From: Rickettsiales bacterium | GTDB lineage: Bacteria > Pseudomonadota > Alphaproteobacteria > G027485855 | Direction of reading: 5' to 3' | Length of the DNA: 64,000 bases | NCBI GenBank assembly: GCA_027485855.1 | Contig: JAIXQD010000021.1 | Location: 178,700-242,699 of the forward strand | In this document: in pieces, positions 20,580-31,800 of the stretch | Numbering within the stretch: the stretch's first letter is position 1 | Layout: every line of letters begins with the position of its first letter | Translations under genes and position numbers: made by a program | The notes under the pieces: model-generated | The model's input: the letters and a program-made list of their open reading frames with translations, nothing else | The model's database searches: none | Told to the model about the DNA's origin: nothing

Positions 20580-21233
20580 ATGAGGAAAAAACACATGTTA
20601 TGGATTGTCGCAGGAGTTATTATTATCGGCGCTGCCGCATGGGGACCAATGATGAGCAATGTTGAGCAAGCAAAATATCAGGTCGTGGAAACTGATAATG
20701 CCATTGAAATACGCGATTACGCAGCGCACATCGTGGCCGAGGTTACCGTATCGGGTGAGCGCCGCGATGCCATTAACAAAGGCTTCCGCCTGATTGCCGA
20801 TTATATTTTTGGCAATAACAGCACCGCAAACAAAGTGGCTATGACAGCGCCCGTCATACAACAACCTAGCCAACAACCCAGCCAACAACCCAGCGAAAAA
20901 ATTGCCATGACCGCGCCCGTGCTGCAGCAAGGCAGTGGCGATGAGTGGAAGGTGCGCTTTGTTATGCCGGCCAACTATACGCTGACAACTCTGCCAAGCC
21001 CTAAAAACAACGCCGTGTCATTGCATCAGATCCCTGCCAAACGCTATGCTGTCATTCGCTTTTCGGGCATGGCCGGCCAAGACAGCCTCAATAAGCATAC
21101 GGATATTTTGCAGGCTTTCATTGCGGCAAAAAAACTGAACGCGCTCTCTACCCCCAGCTTTGCGTTCTATAACCCACCTTGGACTTTACCACCCCTCCGC
21201 CGCAATGAAGTGATGATAGAAATTGCCAAATAG
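20580..21233 (+). CDS. SOUL family heme-binding protein
   Basis: EIRDY, GFRLIADYIFGNN, IAMTAPV, YNPPWTLP.LRRNEV. Confidence 0.92.
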   Translation: MRKKHMLWIVAGVIIIGAAAWGPMMSNVEQAKYQVVETDNAIEIRDYAAHIVAEVTVSGERRDAINKGFRLIADYIFGNNSTANKVAMTAPVIQQPSQQPSQQPSEKIAMTAPVLQQGSGDEWKVRFVMPANYTLTTLPSPKNNAVSLHQIPAKRYAVIRFSGMAGQDSLNKHTDILQAFIAAKKLNALSTPSFAFYNPPWTLPPLRRNEVMIEIAK

Positions 21234-21411
21234 GCACTTAAAGTTTTTATCATTGGACATTTTTATCATTCAAAGCTCTATCATGGGCCAACACCATGGC
21301 ATTTTTAAATGATGCTTTATGCGCTGTTTATACATAAAGCATTTTTACCTGCAACAACTTCACAACATTCCCCCTATGGTATGGAAACTATCTTTAACCA
21401 AGGGGAATTCT

Positions 21412-21657
21412 ATGAAAGATCTCAAAAAAACTATTGTGGTGCTTGTGGCGCTCGCATCACTTGCGGCTTGCGGCGGCACAACGGGTGATCGTGCGCTCAG
21501 TGGTGGCGCAATTGGCGCTGGTGTTGGCGCAGTGACCGGCGCTGTTGTGGGTGGCAGCCCTGTTACGGGCGCTGTCGTTGGTGGTGCTGTTGGTGCTGCA
21601 ACAGGCGCCATGACCAAGAAAAAAGATGTTGATCTCGGTGAACCCGTATGGCGCTAA
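21412..21657 (+). CDS. Glycine-zipper lipoprotein
   Basis: Lipobox LAAC then GGTTGDRALSGGAIGAGVGA...; start moved to ATG 21412 after AGGGG RBS. Confidence 0.85.
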   Translation: MKDLKKTIVVLVALASLAACGGTTGDRALSGGAIGAGVGAVTGAVVGGSPVTGAVVGGAVGAATGAMTKKKDVDLGEPVWR

Positions 21658-22085
21658 ACCCTTTTGCCACATTGGCTGTGGTGAGCATCTTCGCGCTGTC
21701 ACTGCATAGCGCACAGGCACAAGATAATGTGCTAAGCGAGCAGCAACAAAATAATATTGTCTATGTCACTGGTGGCATCGGCAAAGACGAAAGCGATGCC
21801 CTCAGAGCCACGCAAGCCAATTATAATTTACGGGTGATGAATGCCGACAAGGTTGGGCATTTCTCTAGTGATACTCGTATCATTATTCGTGACTTGCAAA
21901 ATAATATCTTGCTTGATGCCACAAGTGGGCCACTGTTTTACGCGAACCTGCCCAAAGGCCGCTATATTATACAAGGCTTTGTGGGCCTGCAAAGCAAGAT
22001 GCAACCCATCACCATAGCTGCCGGAAAAACCGCCAATGTGCGCTTTGTGTGGCGACAAGATGCAACTGACATCCCCAACGAATAA
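21648..22085 (+). CDS. Secreted protein, carboxypeptidase-regulatory-like beta domain
   Basis: YVTGGIGKDE, GPLFYANLPKGRY; signal peptide. Confidence 0.7.
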   Translation: MALNPFATLAVVSIFALSLHSAQAQDNVLSEQQQNNIVYVTGGIGKDESDALRATQANYNLRVMNADKVGHFSSDTRIIIRDLQNNILLDATSGPLFYANLPKGRYIIQGFVGLQSKMQPITIAAGKTANVRFVWRQDATDIPNE

Positions 22086-22096
22086 GAGGAAATATT

Positions 22097-22279
22097 ATGC
22101 TAAACTTTGTCATTACATTTTTTATTCTGGCTGTGCTTGCCGCCATTTTCGGATTTGGTGGCCTGGCTGCTGATTTTGCCAACATTGCAAAATTCCTGGC
22201 TGGCATTTTTGTGGTGCTGTTTGTGGTAAGCCTGATTTACAGCATCATCACTGGCCGCAAGGCTACGCCGCCGCTATAA
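22097..22279 (+). CDS. DUF1328 family small membrane protein
   Basis: ITFFILAVLAAIFGFGGLA...IAKFL..IFVVLF. Confidence 0.9.
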   Translation: MLNFVITFFILAVLAAIFGFGGLAADFANIAKFLAGIFVVLFVVSLIYSIITGRKATPPL

Positions 22280-22319
22280 AATAATCTCGGCGGCCGCACC
22301 TGTTTGACAAAATGTGGTT

Positions 22320-23060
22320 TCATGCGCCGAGGCTAATATTAGAGACAGCGGCGCTGGAGTGTTGCTGCAATTGCACTTCCATGCGGTAGCCGATGCCGGC
22401 CTCGGTGACAATAAGCCTAGGGCGGGCAGTGTCTGCCTCAATTTTCTCGCGTATCTGGCCAATATAAACGCGCAGATAAGTGGTATCTTCCGCATGCGCA
22501 GCCCCCCACACTGCTTTAAGAATTTCTTTGTGCGTCAGCATTTTGCCGCGATTGACCATAAAATATCGCAGCAGATCATATTCCTTTGGCGTGAAGGGGG
22601 TTAGCGCGTCATCTACAAATACTTCATGCCGCACAAGGTCCATACGAATTATGCCATTCGACAATTCAGCGCAGCCCGTTTCGCGCACGGCACTGCTGCG
22701 TAAGCTTACATTCATGCGTGCCAGCAGCACATCAACATTAAAGGGCTTGGTCACATAATCATTGGCGCCCATGTTGAGTGCGCTAACAATTTCATCATCG
22801 AGCGCGCAAGCCGAAAGCACCACAATAGGCGCTTGCGACCACTCGCGTATGGCGCTAATGACATCCTTGCCGTCCATATCTGGCAGGCCAAGATCAAGCA
22901 GTATCAGGTCAGGCCGCACCGATGCGGTCATGCGAATGGCCTGTTTACCCGTTAAACATTCAACAATTTTGTAATTTTGCACATCGAGCAGAATGCCCAA
23001 CATTTTCTGTATTTGTGGCTCATCATCCACCACTAGGATGGTATTCTTTTTTTCATGCAT
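22320..23060 (-). CDS. KdpE-like OmpR-family response regulator
   Basis: ILVVDDEPQI, DLILLDLGLPDMDG, IREWSQ.PIVVLSA, YLRVYIGQIREKIE, TEAGIGYR. Confidence 0.92.
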   Translation of the reverse strand: MHEKKNTILVVDDEPQIQKMLGILLDVQNYKIVECLTGKQAIRMTASVRPDLILLDLGLPDMDGKDVISAIREWSQAPIVVLSACALDDEIVSALNMGANDYVTKPFNVDVLLARMNVSLRSSAVRETGCAELSNGIIRMDLVRHEVFVDDALTPFTPKEYDLLRYFMVNRGKMLTHKEILKAVWGAAHAEDTTYLRVYIGQIREKIEADTARPRLIVTEAGIGYRMEVQLQQHSSAAVSNISLGA

Positions 23061-23334
23061 GGGGGAAATCCTGATCTGCGAAGCGCGCTGTTTATATTTT
23101 TAAAACGCCTTGCATTTGGTCAACCTACCACGAACACAGCTTTTTAGATATACATATAAATATGAGGCTTTTTAGCTAGGCATGCCCCTATTGAGCGCTT
23201 GTCTAACAGCGATTGTAAGCGCTCACTTGCAGGCGTTGAAGCCATTGAGATCATTTCGCGACATTATAGATGCTGATGGCGCTATCTGGGATGGAAACAG
23301 TGACTTTAGCGACGAAAAGAAAATCGATCATCCA

Positions 23335-24294
23335 TCAAGAAAATGGTATTTTTGAAAGCTTGATTTCAACGCTGTTCCAATTATTTTCCAACAATATTTT
23401 TTTCAGCCAGGCTTGCATGGTAACGGGTGCTAGCGGGCCAAGCCATATGGCCTTCAAATCTTTTTCTTGCAGTGGCAGCACTAAAGGCACTTTCGCTTCA
23501 CCCCCAATTTTCTTAGTAGGAAGATAACGGGGGGTGCGATCGGCGCGAATAATTCTTAAGAAACGAGTTTCTTTTTCTTTTGAAAACTTTTCCGGCTTAT
23601 ACTCCGTACAGTGCGGCAAGCAGTTAGAGGCTAGTAGAGTTGACATCTCGCGCAGAAATAACCAACCCTCATCTTTATTTGGGTTTGCTGCCTCCAAGCC
23701 CCGATTGACGCAGTCCATACATTTTTCAATGATAGGCCTCAAGACACATCGCAACACTTCATCATCGTAAAAAACTTCAAACACTGGCGAAGTACCATTG
23801 GAAAAACAACCATCATCATTCTCTAGTGTATCAGTAAAATTTTCTGAAAACCCTGAAGCAAATTCAAGACAAACGCCCTCTCCATTATCTGCAAACTCCA
23901 TCCACAGGTGCGGATCATCCTGTAGGCCGCTGGCGCAGAATAAAAAGAACTGGCCGGATTGCTCTATATTGACCTGCAAAATTTTTTTAAATTTTTCTAT
24001 GAAAAATTTTGCACCGGGGTGCATAACTTTAGACGAATGTTCGTCTAATAGTTGGTAACAAATGTCCACCCCAGATCGGATTTCGAAAGGATCGCTTTTT
24101 TGCGTAAAAATATTTGTGAACCATAAAACACGACTAGAGAGAATCCCTTTCAACGCGCTTACTTTGGTATAATGAAAGAGGAGGTGACTTACTTTAGAAT
24201 ATGTGGCTGCACCATTCTTTTCTAGAAAATCAAAGAACTCTTTGTATGCAGGCGCGGTTATCGTTAGAAGCATAGTAAGCCATAATATGTACAA
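23335..24294 (-). CDS. DUF2971 domain protein
   Basis: LFHYT, LWFTN...DPFE, LWMEFADNGEGVCLEF, K..KFSKEKETR, IWLGP. Confidence 0.8.
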   Translation of the reverse strand: MYILWLTMLLTITAPAYKEFFDFLEKNGAATYSKVSHLLFHYTKVSALKGILSSRVLWFTNIFTQKSDPFEIRSGVDICYQLLDEHSSKVMHPGAKFFIEKFKKILQVNIEQSGQFFLFCASGLQDDPHLWMEFADNGEGVCLEFASGFSENFTDTLENDDGCFSNGTSPVFEVFYDDEVLRCVLRPIIEKCMDCVNRGLEAANPNKDEGWLFLREMSTLLASNCLPHCTEYKPEKFSKEKETRFLRIIRADRTPRYLPTKKIGGEAKVPLVLPLQEKDLKAIWLGPLAPVTMQAWLKKILLENNWNSVEIKLSKIPFS

Positions 24295-24743
24295 TGCCCA
24301 TCAGCCATCATATTCAAGCATTGCAGATTTGTTTGCGCTTGTTGAGAATATACACCAGTACAGGCGGTCAGCAAAAGACGGGGGCAGATTATGACCGTGA
24401 TATTTATCATTTCTATACTTTAATATTTTAAAACGACTTTGTAAATTTACAAATTCTGTGTAACTGAGAATCGGATTTGGATTTTTAATTAAGCTGTCTC
24501 TGATGGGATGGTCTGCCTGAAAGCGCCAAGACAAGCGCGCTACCAAGCTTACTGATTAAAAAGCTCCGTACCAACAAGATCACAAAATAGGTTTCTGTAG
24601 GTCTTGGCTATACATTTCCTGTCCCACAGCATTATCAATAACATATCTTTTGAGCAATCATTTTATTGAGATTATCTCATGCTAAAATGGATGTTGATGG
24701 TTTGCCTTAAGGGGAAAAGATATTTTTCTTGTTAAAAAGGGCA

Positions 24744-26039
24744 CTACCTTTGCCAACCATCAATTTTAAAAACACGTTCTAGGAGCTTGCGTTCTGGCCC
24801 GCCAGAAGCAGGGGCAAACCAAACCTCAAACCGAGCGGCATAATATTGCTCCCAGTCGCCTTCGTAAATCATAATATGAGAGTTCGATAGAAACTGCTCT
24901 TGGTTATTATCCGACCAGCCTATCCATTCACTGGAGTCTTGCTTTAAATCATCTTCAGAAAGAGGTGTGTTTTTTGTAACTTCAAAAGCCTTAAGATAAA
25001 CCATGCCTCGTTCCCCAGGATTAGCGCGGATATAGACATCATATATCCCATTTGACCCGGAAATATCTAACGAGGGGGGCCCCATGCTGATGCTGCTTGC
25101 AGGAAGCATGCTTTTTATTTGCTCCCAATCACTGAGAGTTAAAAAGCGTTTAAATTCTTGGTTGAGGTATGACAGGGATGCTTCGGTAATGCGGCGCTGT
25201 TTGGCAGAAGACTGCTCCATAATCTCAACTAATAAATTATTTTCCTTTATACTCACATAACTCCCATACTGCGCAAATTGTCTACGCTCTTGCCTCAAAA
25301 TAACATCTTGTTTCTGACCACAACGCAACAAGGTGACACCTACATTACCAAAAGAAGAATCGGCTGAAAAACTTATAGTTGTTCTGGTCTGAAACTGCTT
25401 GTCTGGCCCACTCTGCCATCGTTTGAGGCCAGAACTTGTGTAATTAGCATGAAGTGTCGTTTGCCAGATGCCATCCACAACCCACCGCCGCGTAGCGAAA
25501 AGCGTGCCGTGCCGCGTATATAAACGCCAGGCAGGATGAGCGGCAAGATATCGCAGCAGATTTTCACTATTATTTAGGTAGGCTGTAACAAGGCTGGACA
25601 TATCGCATGATATGGTCGCGTTATCGCTGCCAGAATTATTCAGGCTATTTAAAACTGTTTGTTGAAAAGGGTCGTCAGTAACGGCGGAGATTGTTCCTTT
25701 AATATTCCGCGTGTTTACGACTTCGATATCTGTGGGTATGGTAAGATTCTTTGCAAAATCATCACCACTTGGGCCGAATAACCACATAAAAGTAAAAACC
25801 ACGGATAACACTTTGAGTAAAATAAGAAATGAAAAAAGATTAATTGCAGATTTTAGCCATCTTTTTTTAAAAAGATTAACGATTGAAACCACAAATACGC
25901 CTGCAAGAGCAATATTCACCAGTAATAAAATGCCTGAATTCATAGGCCCTATAAATAGATAAGCAATAGCCAGTGAAACTGTGATGACTGATGGTATCCA
26001 AAAACTTGAATTATAGGCCTTCCAAAATCTTTTAATCAT
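24744..26039 (-). CDS. Hypothetical membrane-anchored protein (3 N-terminal TMs, large soluble domain)
   Basis: 431-aa ORF, AGGAG RBS; C-terminal YEGDWEQYYAARFEVWF. Confidence 0.75.
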   Translation of the reverse strand: MIKRFWKAYNSSFWIPSVITVSLAIAYLFIGPMNSGILLLVNIALAGVFVVSIVNLFKKRWLKSAINLFSFLILLKVLSVVFTFMWLFGPSGDDFAKNLTIPTDIEVVNTRNIKGTISAVTDDPFQQTVLNSLNNSGSDNATISCDMSSLVTAYLNNSENLLRYLAAHPAWRLYTRHGTLFATRRWVVDGIWQTTLHANYTSSGLKRWQSGPDKQFQTRTTISFSADSSFGNVGVTLLRCGQKQDVILRQERRQFAQYGSYVSIKENNLLVEIMEQSSAKQRRITEASLSYLNQEFKRFLTLSDWEQIKSMLPASSISMGPPSLDISGSNGIYDVYIRANPGERGMVYLKAFEVTKNTPLSEDDLKQDSSEWIGWSDNNQEQFLSNSHIMIYEGDWEQYYAARFEVWFAPASGGPERKLLERVFKIDGWQR

Positions 26040-26330
26040 ATTCGGCTCCTACATCTTAAGTCTTCAAAATTCCATTCGCAGTTTTTTTTCAGACTTTGAA
26101 TAGGGGGTTCATTGCACAAGCTGTTAGCTAGAAAACTCCGTAGCAGTACTGAGCCCGCATATATTTCTTCGAGTTTTAGCTTATGTTCTCTGCAAGCCGC
26201 TTTGTTCATCAATATATAAGTAAGGCGGTGGTTTTGAAAGATATTGAAGTTATGTTGCGCCTCCGACGTCCAAAATGCTTATGCGCATTTTGTCGAACCC
26301 GCGACGCTTCTTTCCTATCCAATCCCAGTC

Positions 26331-26365
26331 ATAAATAAAGGGGCCAAAAAGGCCCCTTTATTTAT
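26331..26365 (-). terminator. Hairpin terminator after tRNA-Ser
   Basis: Perfect 15-bp inverted repeat ataaataaaggggcc-aaaaa-ggcccctttatttat. Confidence 0.8.
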
Positions 26366-26458
26366 GGCGGAGACGGAGGGATTCGAACCCTCGATACAAG
26401 TTTAAGCTCGTATAACGGTTTAGCAAACCGCCGCCTTCAGCCACTCGGCCACGTCTCC
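26365..26458 (-). tRNA. tRNA-Ser(GCT)
   Basis: GGAGACGTGGCCGAGTGG...GCGGTTTGCTAAACCGT...long variable arm...GGTTCGAATCC...CGTCTCCGCCA. Confidence 0.97.
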
Positions 26459-26535
26459 GCATTGTTGCATTTGGGGCAAGCCCAAACAGCAACAGGCTTT
26501 CTTTATACCATTATCGTCTTATCTGGCTAGGGGTA

Positions 26536-27474
26536 TTATTTGCTTTGTTGCTGGCGGTTTTTGGGCGCATTTTTAGCATCACTTTTAACAGGCACACGAC
26601 TGGTTAAAGCATGGCATAAAATAGCGGCTGTGGCGGCAACATTAAGCGATTGCACCTGCCCGCTACCTGGTAAATAGAGCCATTTTTCGCAGGCTTTGCG
26701 GGTGGCTGCGGTAAGGCCGGTTTCTTCTTGCCCCAGTACTAAAATAATTGGCCTTGTTGGCAAATCGGCCGGGTTGGTTATAAAGCGCGCATCGGCGTTA
26801 TTTTTCTCAGTTTTATTTGCTTTACTATTGTTTACATCGGGCAAAGTTGTGCCAACGATGCAAAAGCTATTTGATAATTGCCGCAGCAACACTGGCAAAT
26901 CGGCCGTGGCGCTTAAGCGCACCGCCTCTAGCCCGCCCTCGGCAATACGATAAGCCGCATCAGGCAGGCTGGTGGGCAGCTCTTTTACACCCAGCAAAAT
27001 ATCGCTGACGCCGAAAAATGCAGCCGTGCGCGCAATTGCGCCAATATTATGCGGGTTGCCCAATTGCTCGAGCGCCAAAATAAGCCGTGGCGGCTGTCTT
27101 TGCCACTCACCCACCGGTGCGGGCGATATTGCCGAGGCCAGCACCACCGCAACAAGCCCACCATGATGCGGCGTTGCGGTGATTTTTGCTAATTCATCGG
27201 CCGACATTTGCCGGTAAGCGCATTTTTGCTCGGCCAAATATTTGCAAATAGGCCCCGCTTTTTGTTTTTGCTCGGGGGTGTAGTAAAGCCGAATAATATC
27301 GCTTTTGCGGCTGGCAAATAATGCCGTTACTGCCGATACACCGCACACATGCCGCCATTTAGGCGCCGCTGCAGGCTTTGCTTCGGGCATATTTTGGGCC
27401 GTGTTTTGAGCTTGCGGCGCAGGCAGTGGGCGCTGGGGACGCTGGGGGGTAAAACGCGAAGAATGGTTAGCCAT
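26536..27474 (-). CDS. TrmH/SpoU family RNA 2'-O-methyltransferase
   Basis: [35 protein letters not shown]; likely start ATG 27474. Confidence 0.9.
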   Translation of the reverse strand: MANHSSRFTPQRPQRPLPAPQAQNTAQNMPEAKPAAAPKWRHVCGVSAVTALFASRKSDIIRLYYTPEQKQKAGPICKYLAEQKCAYRQMSADELAKITATPHHGGLVAVVLASAISPAPVGEWQRQPPRLILALEQLGNPHNIGAIARTAAFFGVSDILLGVKELPTSLPDAAYRIAEGGLEAVRLSATADLPVLLRQLSNSFCIVGTTLPDVNNSKANKTEKNNADARFITNPADLPTRPIILVLGQEETGLTAATRKACEKWLYLPGSGQVQSLNVAATAAILCHALTSRVPVKSDAKNAPKNRQQQSK

Positions 27475-27621
27475 GGGCTGGTTATAACTTATTCTTGGCG
27501 CCACAGCATAGAGAATTGCACAAAACCCCATCTTTCGATATGTTTCGTCGCCAGGCGCCCGCATATTTGCAGCGTCTCGGCTTTGCCCTATAATTTACCT
27601 AATATATCACCAGAGGCCGCT

Positions 27622-28656
27622 ATGCGTATTTTAGAAGATGTAAAACTTGATTTTGACGATGTGCTGCTTTTGCCCAAGCGCAGCCGCTTGGCCTCGCGTT
27701 CAGAGGTGGCCCTCAATCGTAGCTTTACCTTTATGTATAGTGGCGAAGTGATTGATAGCGTGCCGGTTATGGCCGCAAATATGGATACCGTCGGCACGCT
27801 TGAAATGGCTACAGCCTTGGCCGAGCATAAAATGCACACAGCGCTGCATAAGTTTTATTCAATTGAAACACTGACAGAATTTTTTGCGTTACCCGCCGCC
27901 AGCTATAGCTGGTACAGCATGGGCATCACTGAAAATGATTTTGAAAAATTTAACGCCACACTCAAAGCGGGTGCTGCTATTAAGCGCGTGGTTATGGATG
28001 TGGCCAATGGCTATCAGGAAGTATTTGTCGATGCGGTGCGGCGCGTGCGCAAAGCCCACCCCAGCCTTACCATTATGGCCGGCAATGTTGTCAGTGGCGA
28101 GATGACCGAAGCACTTATTTTAGCCGGCGCCGATTGTGTAAAAGTTGGCATAGGCCCTGGCAGTGTTTGCACCACACGCAAAGTAACCGGCGTTGGTTAC
28201 CCGCAGCTATCGGCGATAATTGAATGTGCTGATGCAGCGCATGGTTTAGGCGGGCAAGTGTGCGGCGATGGCGGCTGCAAAGTGCCCGGCGATGTCGCCA
28301 AAGCATTTTGTGCAGGCGCCGATTTTGTCATGCTGGGCGGCATGCTGGCAGGCCATGATGAATCGGCCGGCGAGCTGATTGAACGCAACGGCAAAAAACT
28401 TAAGCTTTACTATGGCATGTCGTCTGAAGTAGCGATGACCCGCCATCATGGTGGGGTGGCTAAATATCGCGCCCCCGAGGGGAAGGCCGTAGAAGTGCCC
28501 TATCGCGGGCCGGTGCTTAACACGGTGCAAGAGATATTGGGCGGCATTCGCTCGGCAGGCACATATATTGGCGCAAGACGGCTGAAAGAATATAGTAAAC
28601 GCGCAACTTTTGTGCGCGTTTCCCGTCAGCTTAATACGGTTTTTGGCGATAGCTGA
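27622..28656 (+). CDS. guaC: GMP reductase
   Basis: [48 protein letters not shown]; no CBS domains; start ATG 27622. Confidence 0.95.
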   Translation: MRILEDVKLDFDDVLLLPKRSRLASRSEVALNRSFTFMYSGEVIDSVPVMAANMDTVGTLEMATALAEHKMHTALHKFYSIETLTEFFALPAASYSWYSMGITENDFEKFNATLKAGAAIKRVVMDVANGYQEVFVDAVRRVRKAHPSLTIMAGNVVSGEMTEALILAGADCVKVGIGPGSVCTTRKVTGVGYPQLSAIIECADAAHGLGGQVCGDGGCKVPGDVAKAFCAGADFVMLGGMLAGHDESAGELIERNGKKLKLYYGMSSEVAMTRHHGGVAKYRAPEGKAVEVPYRGPVLNTVQEILGGIRSAGTYIGARRLKEYSKRATFVRVSRQLNTVFGDS

Positions 28657-28801
28657 AAATAAAAAGCCATAAATCCGGCTTGCAACTATTAAAATACTAG
28701 AGAGCATGCACTGCAATACGTTATGGTATTTGCATAGAGGTCATATGACCAAAATTATTTAATAAAAAGACATATTTGCAATCTAAATCAGGGATATAGA
28801 G

Positions 28802-31800
28802 ATGAATCAGGATCAAGATAAACTGAACATCACTCTTAACTATCGCAAAGGCGGCGTCATTGAAGCCCAAAAATTTGCGGCCACTAACCCGCTTTTAGTC
28901 AGCTATAACGCTGGCATAGAGCAGGATAATAATAGCAAGCGCACATTTATCTCGCTGGCCTCGCTTTTGGCCAACAGCATCAGCGCTGATAGCAGCTATA
29001 TTACCCGCAGCATTGAAACGGCAGGTGGCGATATTGCCATCTTGCGCCGCACACTTGAAGCCATCAATGCCAACATTCCGCCTGCCAAAAGCGGGCAAGC
29101 CCTTGATGAGGGCTGTCACGCACCAATTTTTTTAGCCGCACAAGCCGCCGCCGAAAAAATGGGCGATGAGTTTGTCAATACCGACCATCTTATTCTGGCA
29201 CTGCTCAATGGCGTTGAGGCCGAGCACCCAACTGCTGTTAATCACGCGGCACAGCTGAGTGCGGCTTTAAGCAATGCCGGCCTTACTGCTCAATCCTACA
29301 AAAAAAGCGTGCTTGATTTACGTCGCGGGGCGCGCATTAAAACACAATTTGACGGCGAAAATTTTGGCACGCTTGGCCTTTATACCAAGCTGATTGCCGC
29401 AGCAGGTCAAGAGCGCACGCCCTTTATGAACCGCAGCGAAGAAATGCGCCGCATTGAAAAGCAAATTGCTAAAACTGAGGGTAATTCGGTTTGGCTGACG
29501 GGCGAGTTTGGCGTTGGCAAAACTGCACTGGTTGAAGCTTTTGCCGCACGCTTAGCCGATGGCCAAACCCCGCGCCAACTGGCAGGGCGCAAGCTGCTTA
29601 AGCTTGACCTCAGCCGCTTTATTGCCGGCGCTGGCAATGAGCTAGATACACGCTTTAAGGCGCTGTGCGATGAAGCCGAAGCCGATGGCGATAAAATTCT
29701 TTATATCGACGAAATTGAGCGCCTGTTGCTTGATAATGGTTCGGTGCGCGCCAGCTTAGCCATTATTTTAAACGATGTGGTCAGCCGTGGGCAGTTACCC
29801 ATTATTGCCACCTCAGACGGTGGTCGCGCCGAAGTTTTAAGCACGGCTGACCAAAGCCTGTTCAAAAAATTTGAGCGTATTCGTTTGCAAGAGCCAAGCG
29901 ACGATTTAGCCCGCGAGATGCTTTATGCTCACCGCGACAGCATTGCTGCACGTCACGGCGTTGAGATTGAAGACGAGGCTATTGCCCGCGTTATCAAACA
30001 AACCAAGCGCTATCAGTCGGATGAAAAATTCCCCAAAAAAGCCATTGATGCGCTTGATGAGGCCGCGAGCCTTGTGGCCATCCGTGCCGAGCGCCCCGAA
30101 GTGCTGACCAGCAAAGATGAGCAGCTCATTCTTATGGTGGCCGAGCTCGACAGCTTGAAAAACAAAAGCGATGATGCCAGTGCGCAGCGTCAAAAAATAC
30201 TGCAAGAGCAATTTGATAAGCTGGAAGATGAGCTCACTGCGCTCGAACAGCAGTGGGAAAATGAGCAAAGCCTGCGCATGGCTGTCGAAACCGCTCGCAG
30301 CAGCTTGCAGCAATCAGAAAATAAATTGCAGCAACTGAAGCAAGAGCGCGAGCAGCTTGGCCAAGGCCAGCAAGTGCTGCAAGCGGCAAATGCCAATGGC
30401 GACAATCATCAAGTGGCCGCGCCCGTCAGCAAAGACATTGTGGAAAAGCGCCAGCGCATCGAAGCCGACATCAAGCGCGCTGAAATGCGTGATTTACCCG
30501 CCCAACGCACTGCGCTGAGCGAAGCTGAAAAAAATCTGGCCGCACTTGGCGATAATCGCTTGGCGCAATTAGTGGTAACGCCAAAAGATATTGACCAGGC
30601 CTTAACGGTAGCAACCGGTATCCCCATTGGTCAGGGCGATGATGAAGCCAAATATGCGCCAGGCGCTATTGAAGCCGCACTTGAAAAACGCGTGGTGGGC
30701 CAAAAGAAAGCTGTCAGCATTGTGGCCGAAGGTATTCGTCGTGCTAAAAAGGGCCTTAATGATGCAGGCAAGCCGCTGCTGGTGGTGTTTTTTGCCGGCC
30801 CCTCGGGCGTTGGTAAAACCGAATTAGCCAAAGCCACCGCCGAGTTTGAATTTGGCGGCGAAGATCGGGTTATTCGTTATGATATGGGCGAATATACCGA
30901 GCCACACACAGTCTCGACCTTGTTGGGCGCCCCTCCTGGCTATCAAGGCAGCGAGCAAGGCGGCAAGCTGGTCAATGACATCAATAATGCGCCCTACTCG
31001 GTGCTGTTATTCGATGAAATTGAAAAAGCGCACCCCAGTCTGTTTCCTATTTTGCTCAAGCTGCTCGATGAAGGCAAAGTCACTGACCGTCAGCACAACA
31101 CCGCTGATGCGCGTAACTGCATTATCGTCATGACCTCGAATGTGGGTAAGGAATATTTCGAGCAATTTAAAAATGGCAGTATTAAAACGCCGGAAGAGCT
31201 TAATCGTTTGGTCAAAGAAGCCTATAATGAGCGCTTCCCCGTTGAATTGCGTGGCCGTATTAGCTCGGGCTTCACCATCTTTAATTCGCTCGACCCCAAA
31301 GTGACGCGGATGATTATCCCCATTCAAACACGCAAGCTGAATAAGCTGATGGATGAGCGCCAAGTGAAAGTGGCCCTCACCCCCAGCGCCGAAGATTGGT
31401 TGGCCAAATATGGCTACGACCCCAATTTGGGCGCCCGTCCGCTGAATAATTTGTATCGGGATATTATTGTCAATGGCGTAGCCAAGCTGGTCACCGATGG
31501 CATGCTGCTGCCCGGTCAAGATGTGAGCGTGGATGTGCAACCACAAAAAGTGACAGTGCAAAGCCACATCACCTCGGCCGAGGAGATCATGAAAATTGTT
31601 GATGGTCTGGACGAGTTCAAACCCACCATTCAAGAGCTGCAAGAGCAATTACAAAAACTTTGCAGCAAATTAAGCTATGCTGAATTGACACAAGATAACC
31701 CGCCCGTAGAAGAGATGCACGAAATTGAAGTGCCATGGCCTACGCTTAAAGTGAGTGACCGCTTGCGTCCGGCGCCCGCAATTAACATTGCCAACGCTAA

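Larger units (their letters stand above)
23100..26330. mobile_element. Low-GC islet adjacent to tRNA-Ser 3' end (no integrase seen)
   Basis: Visibly more AT-rich than flanks; lies immediately downstream of the tRNA. Confidence 0.5.

Noticed and set aside
27349-27621. N-terminal extensions from the ORF track (guaC, also trmH, wbpP, pckA, 61945 ORF)
   Set aside because: They overlap neighbouring genes; family-typical starts lie downstream, most with an RBS or stop-start coupling.
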